DNA of 64,000 nt. It comes from Nostoc sp. DedSLP01. GTDB taxonomy: Bacteria; Cyanobacteriota; Cyanobacteriia; Cyanobacteriales; Nostocaceae. This document shows, one piece after another, positions 20,390-30,333 of this stretch. Under the pieces are notes generated by a model. The model did not search any database, was not told the origin of the DNA, and saw only the letters and a program-made list of their open reading frames with translations. The stretch is taken from contig JAVRCJ020000019.1 of the NCBI GenBank assembly GCA_034530875.2, positions 32,001-96,000 of the forward strand, read 5' to 3'. A program made the position numbers and the translations under genes. Positions within the stretch are counted from its first letter, which is position 1. Each line of letters begins with the position of its first letter.

Positions 20390-21970
20390 TTAGTCATGGT
20401 AATTGAGCAATTGCTTTAATTTAATTGAACACTGCTGTCCGTAATCTGAGAAAGTAAAGATTCCCAATCCTAAAGCAACTATCAATACCCAACTAAATGC
20501 ACCTATCAAAAATAATCTTTGCAGTTTGGCAGTTTTTTGCTCTTGAATCAGTCGGGCTTTTACTTCTTTTGCACGTTCTGCTTCTAACCACGTCTCAACT
20601 TCTCGGCGATCGCATTCTTGACTAGCTGCTAAAAACTGATAATCTAAATCGCTTAAGCTTTTACCATGCGACCAAGCTAGAGCTTCATTTAAGGCTGTCC
20701 CGCGTAATAGTCGTGAATTATCGGACTGTTTTGAGGCTACCCAAGCATTCAAGGCTTGGGAGTATGGTCGTAATTTTGCTAATTGTTTTTCTACCCAAGT
20801 TTGGTTAAAAACTTCTTCATAAATACGGTTTTTTACTACTAATTGTCCTTCTTGCTTCGTTACTAATCCCGATAAAAGTAGTTCTATTTGTTCTTCTCCA
20901 TCATCACAAGCTACCTGGACTCCTTGTAAAATTTGCTGGTAAAGTCCTAGCAAACCGCCAGCACGCTCCTCATTTCTCAGCAAGCGATCGCGGATTGTTT
21001 TCAAATGCTCTGGATCGTCCTTTGCTTCCCATTTTTCAATAATATGGGTTTGCACTAGCTTTTCTAAAACTAACAAGGGAAATTGGTAATAAAAATTTAT
21101 TAGATGTTGATTAATAATCGGTAAATGGTCGTCCAATTTATAACGCTCGTAAACTTCTAGGCTTCTTTGCTCTTCAACATCTTTGCTTCCAGAATTTCTT
21201 TCTTGCACCACTATCTGACAAAGCTTTTGGGTGAGAAATGGCTGACCGTTTGTCCAAGCTAAAATTTCTTTGACAACCGCCATCGGATTAGCTACCTTCC
21301 CTTCCAACCCTGCTGCTAATGGTTGAACTTCCGATAGATTAAAGCCATGCAGTTCAATAGATCTACCGATATTAAATGGCGTACAGTTGCGATCGGCAAT
21401 CAAATGTGAAGGTGTTGCTACTCCGAACAACGCCCAAGTCAAGCGGTTATATTCTGGATTTTCTGCTCGCTGATTGTAGCAGGAGCGAATTAAAGTAAAA
21501 AAATCAACTACGGGGAAATTTAAACCTAAAACGCTATCAATTTCATCAATAAAAATAAATATTTTTTCAGCTTTGATTTGAACTAATAAAATATCTTCAA
21601 CAAATTGGCTCAATCGTTGTAATGCAGGTAAATCTTCACGCTCTGCCCACCAAGTTTTGATATTAACTTTACTAAAAAGATTAAAACTCCTTAATAAGTC
21701 AACTACTATACCCTTATACCACTGGGTAGGAGTAATATTGCCGTTACCAATCCGAGTCATATCAATAGAAGCACAACTGTAACCAGCTTGTTCTAATCGA
21801 TACCTAGTTTGTAACCGCAAGCTTGATTTACCCATCTGTCGAGAACTAAATACATAACAAAATTCAGCTTGAATTAGAGCATTATAAAGTTCAAAATCAG
21901 CCTGCCGTTTGACATAGCTAGGAGCATCAATTTTGAGACTGCCACCAATTTGATATTCGTACTTATTCAT
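20390..21970 (-). CDS. AAA_35 NTPase with C-terminal TM helix, probably truncated
   Basis: YQ.GGSL..DAPSYV.RQAD, Walker A SSRQMGKSS, IFIDEID, TPFNIG, WT.GQPFLTQKLC and SRLLRG.AL. The ORF ends just after the TM helix. Confidence 0.85.
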   Translation of the reverse strand: MNKYEYQIGGSLKIDAPSYVKRQADFELYNALIQAEFCYVFSSRQMGKSSLRLQTRYRLEQAGYSCASIDMTRIGNGNITPTQWYKGIVVDLLRSFNLFSKVNIKTWWAEREDLPALQRLSQFVEDILLVQIKAEKIFIFIDEIDSVLGLNFPVVDFFTLIRSCYNQRAENPEYNRLTWALFGVATPSHLIADRNCTPFNIGRSIELHGFNLSEVQPLAAGLEGKVANPMAVVKEILAWTNGQPFLTQKLCQIVVQERNSGSKDVEEQRSLEVYERYKLDDHLPIINQHLINFYYQFPLLVLEKLVQTHIIEKWEAKDDPEHLKTIRDRLLRNEERAGGLLGLYQQILQGVQVACDDGEEQIELLLSGLVTKQEGQLVVKNRIYEEVFNQTWVEKQLAKLRPYSQALNAWVASKQSDNSRLLRGTALNEALAWSHGKSLSDLDYQFLAASQECDRREVETWLEAERAKEVKARLIQEQKTAKLQRLFLIGAFSWVLIVALGLGIFTFSDYGQQCSIKLKQLLNYHD

Positions 21971-21975
21971 AACTT

Positions 21976-23394
21976 TTAGGTTAATTGCTCGCGGAAATAC
22001 AGCTGATATAATTCACAGCTAGGCATTGCCTGATTTCCCTCAAGTTTTACTAAACCCATACTTTCTAATTTATAGGCAGCGATCGCTTCTAATTGTACGC
22101 TTGTTGGAGAATTCACCACCCGCTTGAGTGCTGCTGCAAGTTCTGAATGTTCTTGGAGATTTGCTAGGTGATGCCGTAAATAGTTGCTATAAATGCCGGC
22201 AATTGTCGGAGCTTCTTCTAATAATTGCTCTAGGGTTACTGTTTGATTTCCCAGATTATAAAGAGCCAAACGAGCTAAATAGGGATGACCGCCAATCATC
22301 GCTATTAAAGGAGCCAGCTTTTGCAATCCTTTCTCACCTTTAGCCCAATCTAATCCATGACGCACAGCTAATTCTTGCATCTGCTCTAAACTAAATTCTG
22401 GTAACTTAATCGGTAATCCCACATTGAAAGGAGATTGATTAATATCTAATGGAATATAAGCTTCAGTGGCATGAACTACTAGCGATCGCAATTTTTGCCA
22501 GATATCCAATTCGGAAGCATCCTCATACCAAGAACGCAGTAACGGCAGAAAATCCCTAGAGATTTCTGGATACTCGAAAATTCGATTTACTTCATCCAAA
22601 GCTAAAACTACTGGAGCGTCTATTTTCTCTAATAAATATTCCTGTAAATACAATGTGCAGCTAACTTTGCTACCAATATCTTCATCCCAATAATCATCTA
22701 ATCTAATTTCTAAATTTAACTGGCGACTGACATTAGCACAAAACCAGCGTAAGAATTTTTCTAAGCTAGTAAAAACTTGACTATCTGCTCTCTGCAAACC
22801 GATTTGTACGGTGTGTACCCCAGTTTGCTTAGCACGAGCAAGGATTCTGTGCATGAGGGAAGTTTTTCCCATTTTGCTGGGAGCTTTGATTCTAATTAAG
22901 CTTCCAGGTTTATTAATTTCGGCATAAGCGCGTTCTTCAATTGGCGGACGTTCAATGTAAAAAAAAGAATTAAGCGGTACTGAGCCACCAGGAATTTCTA
23001 ATAAGTCAGAATTGACGACTGGGGTTTGTCTTTCTTGTTGCCTTTCCAATACCAAAGAAGCCCCCGGTATACCGTCTTTGACTCTACTGATTTGCTGAGA
23101 CTGTCTTAAGACTGGTGGTATTTCTACTTTTTCTGACAAAATATGACTTTGCGTTCGCCGCCTTAATACCGAGCGAAAATTACTTTTTGTCACCTCCTCT
23201 CCGAAAGCCTGGGAAAGTAACTTCCATAACTTAGATCCCACATCTTTGATGTAATTGGCATCATAACCACAGCTTTCGGCAATATCTGGATAAGTTTGTC
23301 CTTCCCAAGCTTTACGAAATATTATTTCTTGAACATCGCTTAAGCCATGTTCAAGAAATGTATCTAAAAATACTAGTGCTTCTTCTATATTCAT
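21976..23394 (-). CDS. HTH-like N-terminal domain + AAA_35 NTPase
   Basis: W.GQTY..IAE...Y...YIKDVG.KLW..LS; PGG.VPL.S.FYIERPP, Walker A APSKMGKTS, LDEV, SPFNVG and GGHPYL. Confidence 0.88.
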   Translation of the reverse strand: MNIEEALVFLDTFLEHGLSDVQEIIFRKAWEGQTYPDIAESCGYDANYIKDVGSKLWKLLSQAFGEEVTKSNFRSVLRRRTQSHILSEKVEIPPVLRQSQQISRVKDGIPGASLVLERQQERQTPVVNSDLLEIPGGSVPLNSFFYIERPPIEERAYAEINKPGSLIRIKAPSKMGKTSLMHRILARAKQTGVHTVQIGLQRADSQVFTSLEKFLRWFCANVSRQLNLEIRLDDYWDEDIGSKVSCTLYLQEYLLEKIDAPVVLALDEVNRIFEYPEISRDFLPLLRSWYEDASELDIWQKLRSLVVHATEAYIPLDINQSPFNVGLPIKLPEFSLEQMQELAVRHGLDWAKGEKGLQKLAPLIAMIGGHPYLARLALYNLGNQTVTLEQLLEEAPTIAGIYSNYLRHHLANLQEHSELAAALKRVVNSPTSVQLEAIAAYKLESMGLVKLEGNQAMPSCELYQLYFREQLT

Positions 23395-23590
23395 TTGTAA
23401 AAAGAATAAAGTTAGTTTTAAATAAGACTTTAGCGGAATTTTTCATATTTTTTTCTTTATTTACTTAAATTTAAACAGTTGACTTCATTTCCACCTGCCG
23501 TTCTCAGATATTGGTGAAGCTTCCTTGACAGGTGCGATCGGCTTTCCGATAAAATAAAGTCGATCGCAATCGGGATGACAAGCATCCACA

Positions 23591-24007
23591 ATGGCTAAAG
23601 ATGTTTTCCATCAACAGGTTAAAAATGCATTAATCAAAGATGGATGGAATATCACCCATGACCCTCTCACCATTCGTATTAGCGAAGCAGTCAAATTACA
23701 AATTGATTTAGCAGCAGAAAGCGCCATCGCCGCAGAACGGGATTCAGAAAAAATTGCTGTAGAAATTAAAAGCTTTATTGGGGACTCGGATATTAGTGCA
23801 TTTCATACCGCGTTGGGTCAATATCTTAACTATTGCCAAGCACTTGAAGAACAAGAACCAGATCGAATTGTTTATTTAGCGATCCCTGTTGAAACCTATC
23901 AAGATTTTTTTCAGCTTTCCTTCATCCAACGCGCCATTGCACGTTATCAAGTCAAACTGATAATTTACAATCCTCAACAGGAGGAGATTCAGCAATGGAT
24001 AAGTTAG
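23591..24007 (+). CDS. xisH: XisH family protein
   Basis: MAKD.FH..VK.AL.KDGW.IT.DP, IDLAAE, IAVEIKSF and ALGQYLNY. Confidence 0.93.
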   Translation: MAKDVFHQQVKNALIKDGWNITHDPLTIRISEAVKLQIDLAAESAIAAERDSEKIAVEIKSFIGDSDISAFHTALGQYLNYCQALEEQEPDRIVYLAIPVETYQDFFQLSFIQRAIARYQVKLIIYNPQQEEIQQWIS

Positions 24008-24330
24008 AACGCTATCGACAATTTGTTAAGCAAATTTTAACCGAACACGCCCAAATCACTACCACCACTGATACGGTGAAGGCAGAGCTAATATTTGACA
24101 GCGAACACGACCATTATCAACTCGCTTATGTCGGGTGGCAAGGAGATAAGCGGGTATTTGGCCCTGTTATGCACTTTGATATTCAAGACGGTAAAATTTG
24201 GATTCAGTATAACGGTACCGAAGAATCTATTGCCGAGAGGTTGGTTGAGATGGGCGTACCGACATCAGATATTGTTCTGGGTTTTCATTCCGCTTTTAAA
24301 CGTCAATTTACTCGTTATGCGGTTGGTTAA
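23995..24330 (+). CDS. xisI: XisI family protein
   Basis: MDKL..YR..VK..L, FD.EHDHYQL..VGW, KIWIQ..GTE and DIVLGFH; overlaps xisH. Confidence 0.93.
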   Translation: MDKLERYRQFVKQILTEHAQITTTTDTVKAELIFDSEHDHYQLAYVGWQGDKRVFGPVMHFDIQDGKIWIQYNGTEESIAERLVEMGVPTSDIVLGFHSAFKRQFTRYAVG

Positions 24331-24382
24331 CGTGAGTCTCCAAGGGAGGTGCAGGGGAGCAGGGGAGGCAGAACGATTTTAT

Positions 24383-25885
24383 TTAGCGCAGAGACTTTAA
24401 GCTTTCAGTCTTTTGCACTAAGAAATCAGTGAAGATGCTCATAATAGTGCGCTGACGCAATTTCACATTCGCATTAATAGACATACCTGATTGCAAGGGG
24501 ATTTGGCGCTGATTAATTAGTAATTTCTGACCGTTGAGACGGACTTTTGCAGAAAAACGCCAGAAATTATAAACTTGGTCTGGAGGTAAGGCATCAGAGC
24601 CAATCTCAACTAGTTCGCCTTTGATATCGCCATACTCTTGGAAGGGGAAGGAATCAATTCTCACATCGACTTGTTGTCCTTCTTTGACAAAGCCGATGTC
24701 GCGGTTGGTGATGTATACGTTAGCAACCAAGTTATCGCTAGGAACGAGTTTTAAGAGTGGTTCGCTGGATTTAACTACAAATCCTGCTGTTTTGGCTTTG
24801 AGTTCAAAGACTGTTCCGTTTACAGGTGCAATAATTTTTTGATATTTCAAAGTTTGTTGTGCTTGAACCCACTTACTATCAATTTCACCGATTTGACCGT
24901 TAATTTCATAAATACGTTTTTGATTATCTATAACTACCTTGGTTAATTGACTGTCAATTTCGGCAATTCTTTTATCGTTATCTGTAATTTTGGCTAGTAA
25001 GTCTTCTTGAGACACAGCCGCAGTGTTGCGTAATTTTTCGTTTGATTGAGCGATCGCTAATTGTAATCGCTGCTGTTCCCTATTCAAGCGAATCACTTCA
25101 GCTTGTTTAGCGCTGACATCCTGTTGTTGTTTCAAGTATTGCACCTGGGAAATAGCTCCCTGCTGCGCTAGAGGTTCAAACTTGCTAAGAATTTGTTGAT
25201 TAATTGTTAGCAACTCTTTAGCGCTAGTTAACTGCGCCTGAGTCTGGAAAAATTGTTGTTGGGTCTGTCCCGTTTCTAAATTAGCTGTAGCTAAACGCGA
25301 TTCTAATTCTATTTGGCGATTTCGCAAGCGTAACTGTTGCTCTCTTGTGAGAGAACTTCCAGCAGTTGCACCGTTTAACTGCGTTCTGTACAACTGGTTT
25401 TCGGCAATAATGGTTGCTCTACTCTTGGTCAAGAAAGCTAGTTCTGGTTTAATTTTCAACAGAGCTGTTTGCTGTGCCACTTCCTGTAGTGAGATTGTCC
25501 CTTGAAGTTGGCGGCGGTAAAAATCATTTTCTTGCTCTAGCACTTGTTTGGCAAGCAACTGAGCAGCACGAGTTTGCTTTAATGAAGTTAGCTCCGCCTC
25601 AGAAGTAGTTTTTTCTAAGGTAACAAGCGTGTCACCTTTTTTGACTCGCTGACCATCTTTGACTAGAATCTCATTGACAACACCAGGAACCGGAGCTTGA
25701 ATTTCTTTAACTGCACCCTGTGGTTCTAGCTTGCCAGTAGCATGAATTGATTCATCAATTTTGAACACAGAGGCCCAAATTACTGCAAAGGTGCTAACTC
25801 CAACGATAGTCCAAGCGATCGCTCTTGACCAAGTAGGAGTTTGTTGTAAAAGTACGGGGCGATCGAATTTATATTGAATATCCAT
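24383..25885 (-). CDS. HlyD family type I secretion membrane-fusion protein
   Basis: N-terminal TM, A.GKLEP.G.VKEIQAP..G.V, long coiled coil, I.APV.G.V, DIGFVK.GQ and LQSGM. Start placed at MDIQYK. Confidence 0.92.
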   Translation of the reverse strand: MDIQYKFDRPVLLQQTPTWSRAIAWTIVGVSTFAVIWASVFKIDESIHATGKLEPQGAVKEIQAPVPGVVNEILVKDGQRVKKGDTLVTLEKTTSEAELTSLKQTRAAQLLAKQVLEQENDFYRRQLQGTISLQEVAQQTALLKIKPELAFLTKSRATIIAENQLYRTQLNGATAGSSLTREQQLRLRNRQIELESRLATANLETGQTQQQFFQTQAQLTSAKELLTINQQILSKFEPLAQQGAISQVQYLKQQQDVSAKQAEVIRLNREQQRLQLAIAQSNEKLRNTAAVSQEDLLAKITDNDKRIAEIDSQLTKVVIDNQKRIYEINGQIGEIDSKWVQAQQTLKYQKIIAPVNGTVFELKAKTAGFVVKSSEPLLKLVPSDNLVANVYITNRDIGFVKEGQQVDVRIDSFPFQEYGDIKGELVEIGSDALPPDQVYNFWRFSAKVRLNGQKLLINQRQIPLQSGMSINANVKLRQRTIMSIFTDFLVQKTESLKSLR

Positions 25886-25886
25886 A

Positions 25887-25922
25887 TCGTAATTCGTAGT
25901 TCGTAATTCGTAATTCGTAATT
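25887..25922. repeat. STRR heptamer (AATTCGT)n
   Basis: About five tandem copies directly upstream of hlyD. Confidence 0.8.
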
Positions 25923-25998
25923 AAAGAATTCAAATTTTATCTAGATTTCAAGGTTTAAATCTGTTGGAGAATTTTACAGAAGTAATATTAGGAGTCCT

Positions 25999-26281
25999 AA
26001 AGTTCAACTTCCGAGTTCAGAGGCTCAACGTTCGAGTAAAAAGGTGCAACTTCCGAGTTCAGAGGCTCAACGTTCAAGCAAAAAGGTGCAACTTCCGAGT
26101 TCAGAGGCTCAACGTTCAAGCAAAAAGGTGCAACTTCCAAGTTCAGAGGCTCAACGTTCGAGCAAAAAGGTGCAACTTCCAAGTTCAGAGGCTCAACGTT
26201 CAAGCAAAAAGGTGCAACTTTCGAGTTCAAAGGCTGAAGTATCGAGTTTTAAGCTTGAAGTTTCATTATTTAAAGTTGAAG
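25999..26281. repeat. 42-bp tandem repeat array (~5.5 units with degenerate tail)
   Basis: Unit AAAAGGTGCAACTTCCGAGTTCAGAGGCTCAACGTTCAAGCA repeated contiguously with no spacers. Confidence 0.9.
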
Positions 26282-26297
26282 CAATAGTATTTACTGC

Positions 26298-26356
26298 TGA
26301 CAAATGACTAATAACTAATAACTAATGACAAATGACTAATAACTAATGACTAATAA
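26298..26356. repeat. STRR heptamer tract (CAAATGA/CTAATAA)
   Basis: Tandem heptamers immediately after the ABC stop codon. Confidence 0.8.
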
Positions 26357-29293
26357 TTAAACTTGCGTTTCCTGTTGCTGATAAAGACAGTAGTAATAAC
26401 CTTTAAGCGCCATCAACTCTTCATGAGTCCCCTGTTCTACCACAGCACCTCTATCCATCATCAAAATGACATCGGCATTGCGAATTGTGCTGAGGCGATG
26501 AGTAATGAAAAATACTGTTTTACCTTGGAAAGCTGCCGCCAAATTCCGGCAAACTTGAGCTTCAGCATTGTAATCTAAAGCACTCGTTGCTTCATCAAGG
26601 ATGAGCAATTGCGGATTTTGTAGGACAGTACGAGCGATCGCCACGCGTTGCCGTTGTCCCCCAGACAGTCCCGAACCTCGCTCGCCGACACGGGTATTAT
26701 AACCACTGGGCAAAGACATAATGAAGTCGTGGGCATAAGCTACCTTAGCAGCGTTAATAATTTCCTCGTCGCTAGCATCAGGATATCCCAAGGCAATATT
26801 TTCGCGGACTGTGCCATCAAACAGTAAAGTATCTTGTAACACCATACCAATCTGACGGCGTAAGGAATAAAGCTCTACTTTGCTGATATCATAGCCATCA
26901 ATCGAGATTTTGCCGGACTTGGGTTCGTAAAGCCTGGGTAATAATTTTAGCAGCGTGCTTTTACCAGAACCGCTTTGACCAACTATTCCTACAAACGAGC
27001 CAGCCGGAAAATCTAAGTTAATATTGCACAGTTGCAATGGCCCGGGTTCCGAGAAACTGAAGCTAAGATTTTCAAAGCGGACGCTACCTTGAATGCTAGG
27101 CATCAGGATATTTTGACTGTCGCCGATTTCTATTTCTTGGGGAGTATCTAAAATATCACCAAGGCGTTGCAGAGAAAGGGCAGTTTCTTGGAAGTTCTGC
27201 CATAGTTGCATGAGGCGCAGCAAGGGACTGGTAACATAACCAGCCAAAATACGAAAGGCGATGAGTTGTCCCAAAGTAAGTTGTTGATTGAGGACGAGAA
27301 AAGCTCCCACCCACAGCACTAACATACTAGAAAACTTGTTAAGAAAACTGCTGACAGAACCGGCGTTAGTTTGGGTAGAAACTGTTTTGAAACTGGCGCT
27401 GATGTAACGAGCATAGCGTTCTTGCCATTGCCAACGCGATCGCATTTCTAAATTTTGTGCCTTGACTGTCTGCATTCCCCCCATCACTTCTACTAAATAA
27501 GATTGCGTGTCGGCATTGCACTCAGCTTTTTCTTGCAATTGTCGCCGCATCAAAGGTGATACCATCAAGTTGAGCAAACCAAACAACGGCACTGTTGCTA
27601 AAGCAACTAAGGTCAGCACTGGGCTGTAAATCGCCATCACCACAATATAAACTACAGAAAACACAGCATCCATCACCACAGTGAGAGCTGTACCAGTCAA
27701 GAAAGAGCGAATATTTTCCAACTCGTGAACTCGCGTTGCCAACTCTCCCACAGGACGGCGTTCAAAGTAAGATAATGGCAGACGCAACAGATGATTAATC
27801 ACCTCAGAACCAAGGGTGAGGTCAATACGATTGGTTGTATCTGTAAATAAATGAGTCCGAACGCTGGTGAGTATGGCTTCAATGATTGCTATTACCAGTA
27901 AAAAGATGCCGAAAACTTCCAAGGTATCGGGACTGTTACCAACCAGTACTTTGTCAATAATTACTTGAGTGGCGAGAGGATTTACTAAGCCAAACAGTTG
28001 GATAACAATGGAAGCAATCAGGACTTCAATTAAAACTTTGCGATAGCGTCGCAGTGAAGGTACAAACCAACTCAAACTAAATCGTGACTTGGGAGTATTT
28101 TTATTAGTTTGTAGCAGCAGGACTTCTCCTTCAGTCCCCCAGTTTTCCGCAAAATCTCGTAATTTGTAGCGCAACAGTCCCATTTCTGGAACGGCAATGA
28201 GTAATTCTTGATTATTATTTTTATAGATAATGGCAAAACTATCTTGCCAAGAAATCATCACTGGTAGTTGTAAGCGTCCGACTGCGACGGCGGGAACTTT
28301 GACCATTTGTGTTGTCAATCCCATCAACTCAGCCGCAGCGGCGCAAAATTGCAGAGATATAATACCCTTTTGTTCGTGGTGCTTTGTCAACACCCGGCGC
28401 AGTGTATCTCTGCGTAAAGGGATATTAAAGTATTGGCTCAACATTTGGAAGCAAGCCAGAGAACCATCGAGGGGCCCTCTACCCTTGGTATAAGGATACT
28501 TCTTTTTCCCTTGAGTTACTGGTTCTTCTGTGATATTAATTTCTGAAGCGTAGGGAATCTCTGGGGGTAAAAGTGTTTTTGGTGTGGCGGGGAGATTTTC
28601 TCCAAGTAGTGATTTGGGAAATCCCACAAAGCGCATATTTGTATTAAATTTCAGCTTGGGGTTAAGTTCATCTAACTCTAAGCGACTACCGGGGGGAAAC
28701 TCGGGATCGAAATTACTGCTAACTAACCACAAAAATTCTGAGTCTAACTGCTGCTGAAAGGCTTTGCGTGCGGGGATAGTTTGGATAATAGCAACTTCAG
28801 TTGCAGCCTGAGCAAGCTTAACTAAATTTTTGTTAACATCTGGGCGACGGCTGAGTTCTTCGCTAAGCAGTTCATATAGTTCTACAACAGAGATTTCATT
28901 TTGCAAAGCTTGGGCAAAAGCTGTTTCCTGCTTAAGTAACGTTAGAAAACCAGCAATAGGTACATTGAGGGTAATAACTTCAGTAGAAGCGATCGCAGTT
29001 TCACATGCAATACCCCGCACGTGACTTACCCAACCTAAAACCTCTCCTGGAGAGAGCAATTTCAGTGTCGCTGGATTTTGCGCTTGGGAATTATAACCCA
29101 ATAAACGCGCTTGTCCTTGGTAGATAATGCTAATTTGCTCCGGCATAGCTTCCCTTGTTACTATTACCTGCCCAATGCGATAGCGAAAAAATTGCGCTTT
29201 TTTGAATAAATTTTGTAAAACATCCGGTGACAGATAATTGAACGGAAATAAATCGCCAATAAATTCTTGAATATCAACAGTTGTATTTGTCAT
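26357..29293 (-). CDS. HlyB-type type I secretion ABC transporter (cNMP-binding + C39-like + TM + ATPase)
   Basis: N-terminal cNMP-like fold; C39-like domain without the catalytic Cys (LDGSLACF.ML); Walker A GQSGSGKS, signature LSGGQRQR and Walker B LILDEATSALD. Confidence 0.93.
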   Translation of the reverse strand: MTNTTVDIQEFIGDLFPFNYLSPDVLQNLFKKAQFFRYRIGQVIVTREAMPEQISIIYQGQARLLGYNSQAQNPATLKLLSPGEVLGWVSHVRGIACETAIASTEVITLNVPIAGFLTLLKQETAFAQALQNEISVVELYELLSEELSRRPDVNKNLVKLAQAATEVAIIQTIPARKAFQQQLDSEFLWLVSSNFDPEFPPGSRLELDELNPKLKFNTNMRFVGFPKSLLGENLPATPKTLLPPEIPYASEINITEEPVTQGKKKYPYTKGRGPLDGSLACFQMLSQYFNIPLRRDTLRRVLTKHHEQKGIISLQFCAAAAELMGLTTQMVKVPAVAVGRLQLPVMISWQDSFAIIYKNNNQELLIAVPEMGLLRYKLRDFAENWGTEGEVLLLQTNKNTPKSRFSLSWFVPSLRRYRKVLIEVLIASIVIQLFGLVNPLATQVIIDKVLVGNSPDTLEVFGIFLLVIAIIEAILTSVRTHLFTDTTNRIDLTLGSEVINHLLRLPLSYFERRPVGELATRVHELENIRSFLTGTALTVVMDAVFSVVYIVVMAIYSPVLTLVALATVPLFGLLNLMVSPLMRRQLQEKAECNADTQSYLVEVMGGMQTVKAQNLEMRSRWQWQERYARYISASFKTVSTQTNAGSVSSFLNKFSSMLVLWVGAFLVLNQQLTLGQLIAFRILAGYVTSPLLRLMQLWQNFQETALSLQRLGDILDTPQEIEIGDSQNILMPSIQGSVRFENLSFSFSEPGPLQLCNINLDFPAGSFVGIVGQSGSGKSTLLKLLPRLYEPKSGKISIDGYDISKVELYSLRRQIGMVLQDTLLFDGTVRENIALGYPDASDEEIINAAKVAYAHDFIMSLPSGYNTRVGERGSGLSGGQRQRVAIARTVLQNPQLLILDEATSALDYNAEAQVCRNLAAAFQGKTVFFITHRLSTIRNADVILMMDRGAVVEQGTHEELMALKGYYYCLYQQQETQV

Positions 29294-29399
29294 TATCTTC
29301 TAAACCATATTTTGATAAGTTCTAAACCAATACGCTTGTTTTAAACCTTTTTCTACCCCTGCCTGCCTTAACAGATAGATTTTCTAAACTCAACTACTT

Positions 29400-30179
29400 C
29401 TAAGCTGCATTTGCTTCTTGAACCTGTGATGTTTTGGTGTTAATTCCCATCCAAATTTTTTCTTCTGGTGAGAGTTGATTAAGTTGCTGTTGAAACCAAG
29501 TTTCAAAATTTTCTTGCAGTAATCTTTGGCGCATAAAATTGTCCAACTGGGCGCTGATAAATTTTTCCACACGTACAATCACCCATGATTCTCCAAACTT
29601 GACGGGTGCTTGAACTATACCTACTTGGCTCGTGCAAAGTAACTGAGCAAAATTAGGAGGGATATTGCCAAGTTCTACCGGGCCGACGACTCCATTTGTA
29701 TCGGCTTCTGGGCCTTGAGAATACTCGCGTGCTAGTTGAGAAAATGATTTTTCTTCTTCTGTAATTCGGAAGAATAGTTCGTTAGCAATACCTCTGTTGT
29801 CAATCCGAATTAAAGAATAAATGACTTTATCGAAACGTCTTTTGTATTTGAGAAAGTAAGATTCTAGTTGATGTCCCCAAGTTTGTTGCTTGAACTTTTC
29901 AACTCTCAGCTTGCGGGTGGCAAAAAGCTCTAACTGTTCTTGAGTCAAACCGTAACGTAGGCACCACTCTTGGATTTTTTGTTTGTTTGTCAAATCCCAC
30001 TGCTGACAAAATTGCTCTAAAGCATGAGATAGTTCTTCTTTTGTGCAGGTGATGGGTGCGATCGCTAATTCAATAATGCTCTGAGATAACAATTGCGGAA
30101 TCAGGTTATAACTTGCCAAGAAAGGAATTATTTCTGGCGGTAAGATTGGGCTATCGGCGCTTTGTAACACTTTATTCAT
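29400..30179 (-). CDS. Parvulin-like peptidylprolyl isomerase
   Basis: V.YSLIR, ELFFRI.E.E.SF..LAR.YS.GPE...G..GP; typical cyanobacterial T1SS-associated PPIase. Confidence 0.85.
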   Translation of the reverse strand: MNKVLQSADSPILPPEIIPFLASYNLIPQLLSQSIIELAIAPITCTKEELSHALEQFCQQWDLTNKQKIQEWCLRYGLTQEQLELFATRKLRVEKFKQQTWGHQLESYFLKYKRRFDKVIYSLIRIDNRGIANELFFRITEEEKSFSQLAREYSQGPEADTNGVVGPVELGNIPPNFAQLLCTSQVGIVQAPVKFGESWVIVRVEKFISAQLDNFMRQRLLQENFETWFQQQLNQLSPEEKIWMGINTKTSQVQEANAA

Positions 30180-30254
30180 AACTGTTGAAATATTTGATGA
30201 GTCCAGCTATTATTTTTACGATGAAGTGACAAAGTTTATGCATAATTCTTTGCT

Positions 30255-30333
30255 GCTTGCATAATTTGCATACTTTTGAAAGCATTGCCATACAATACTT
30301 TCAACTACTATTCACCACCTCCAATGCCTAAAC
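30255..30333 (-). other. Conserved 3' element, copy 1 (hairpin plus GCTTGCATAATTTGCATA)
   Basis: Near-identical to 31173-31246; stem TTGAAAGCATTG/CAATACTTTCAA. Confidence 0.6.

Noticed and set aside
23591..24330. fdxN-type heterocyst excision element
   Set aside because: No XisF or other recombinase, and no interrupted nif/fdx gene in the window.
25999..26281. CRISPR array
   Set aside because: Units are contiguous and near-identical with no unique spacers, and there are no cas genes.
26357..29293. Bacteriocin-processing peptidase transporter or hetC
   Set aside because: The C39-like domain lacks the catalytic Cys motif, no double-glycine precursor is seen, and the context is PPIase/HlyD.
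1534..29293. Functional link between CyaB2 cAMP and the cNMP domain of the T1SS ABC
   Set aside because: They are over 20 kb apart with unrelated genes between, and cNMP-like domains are common in cyanobacterial HlyB homologs.
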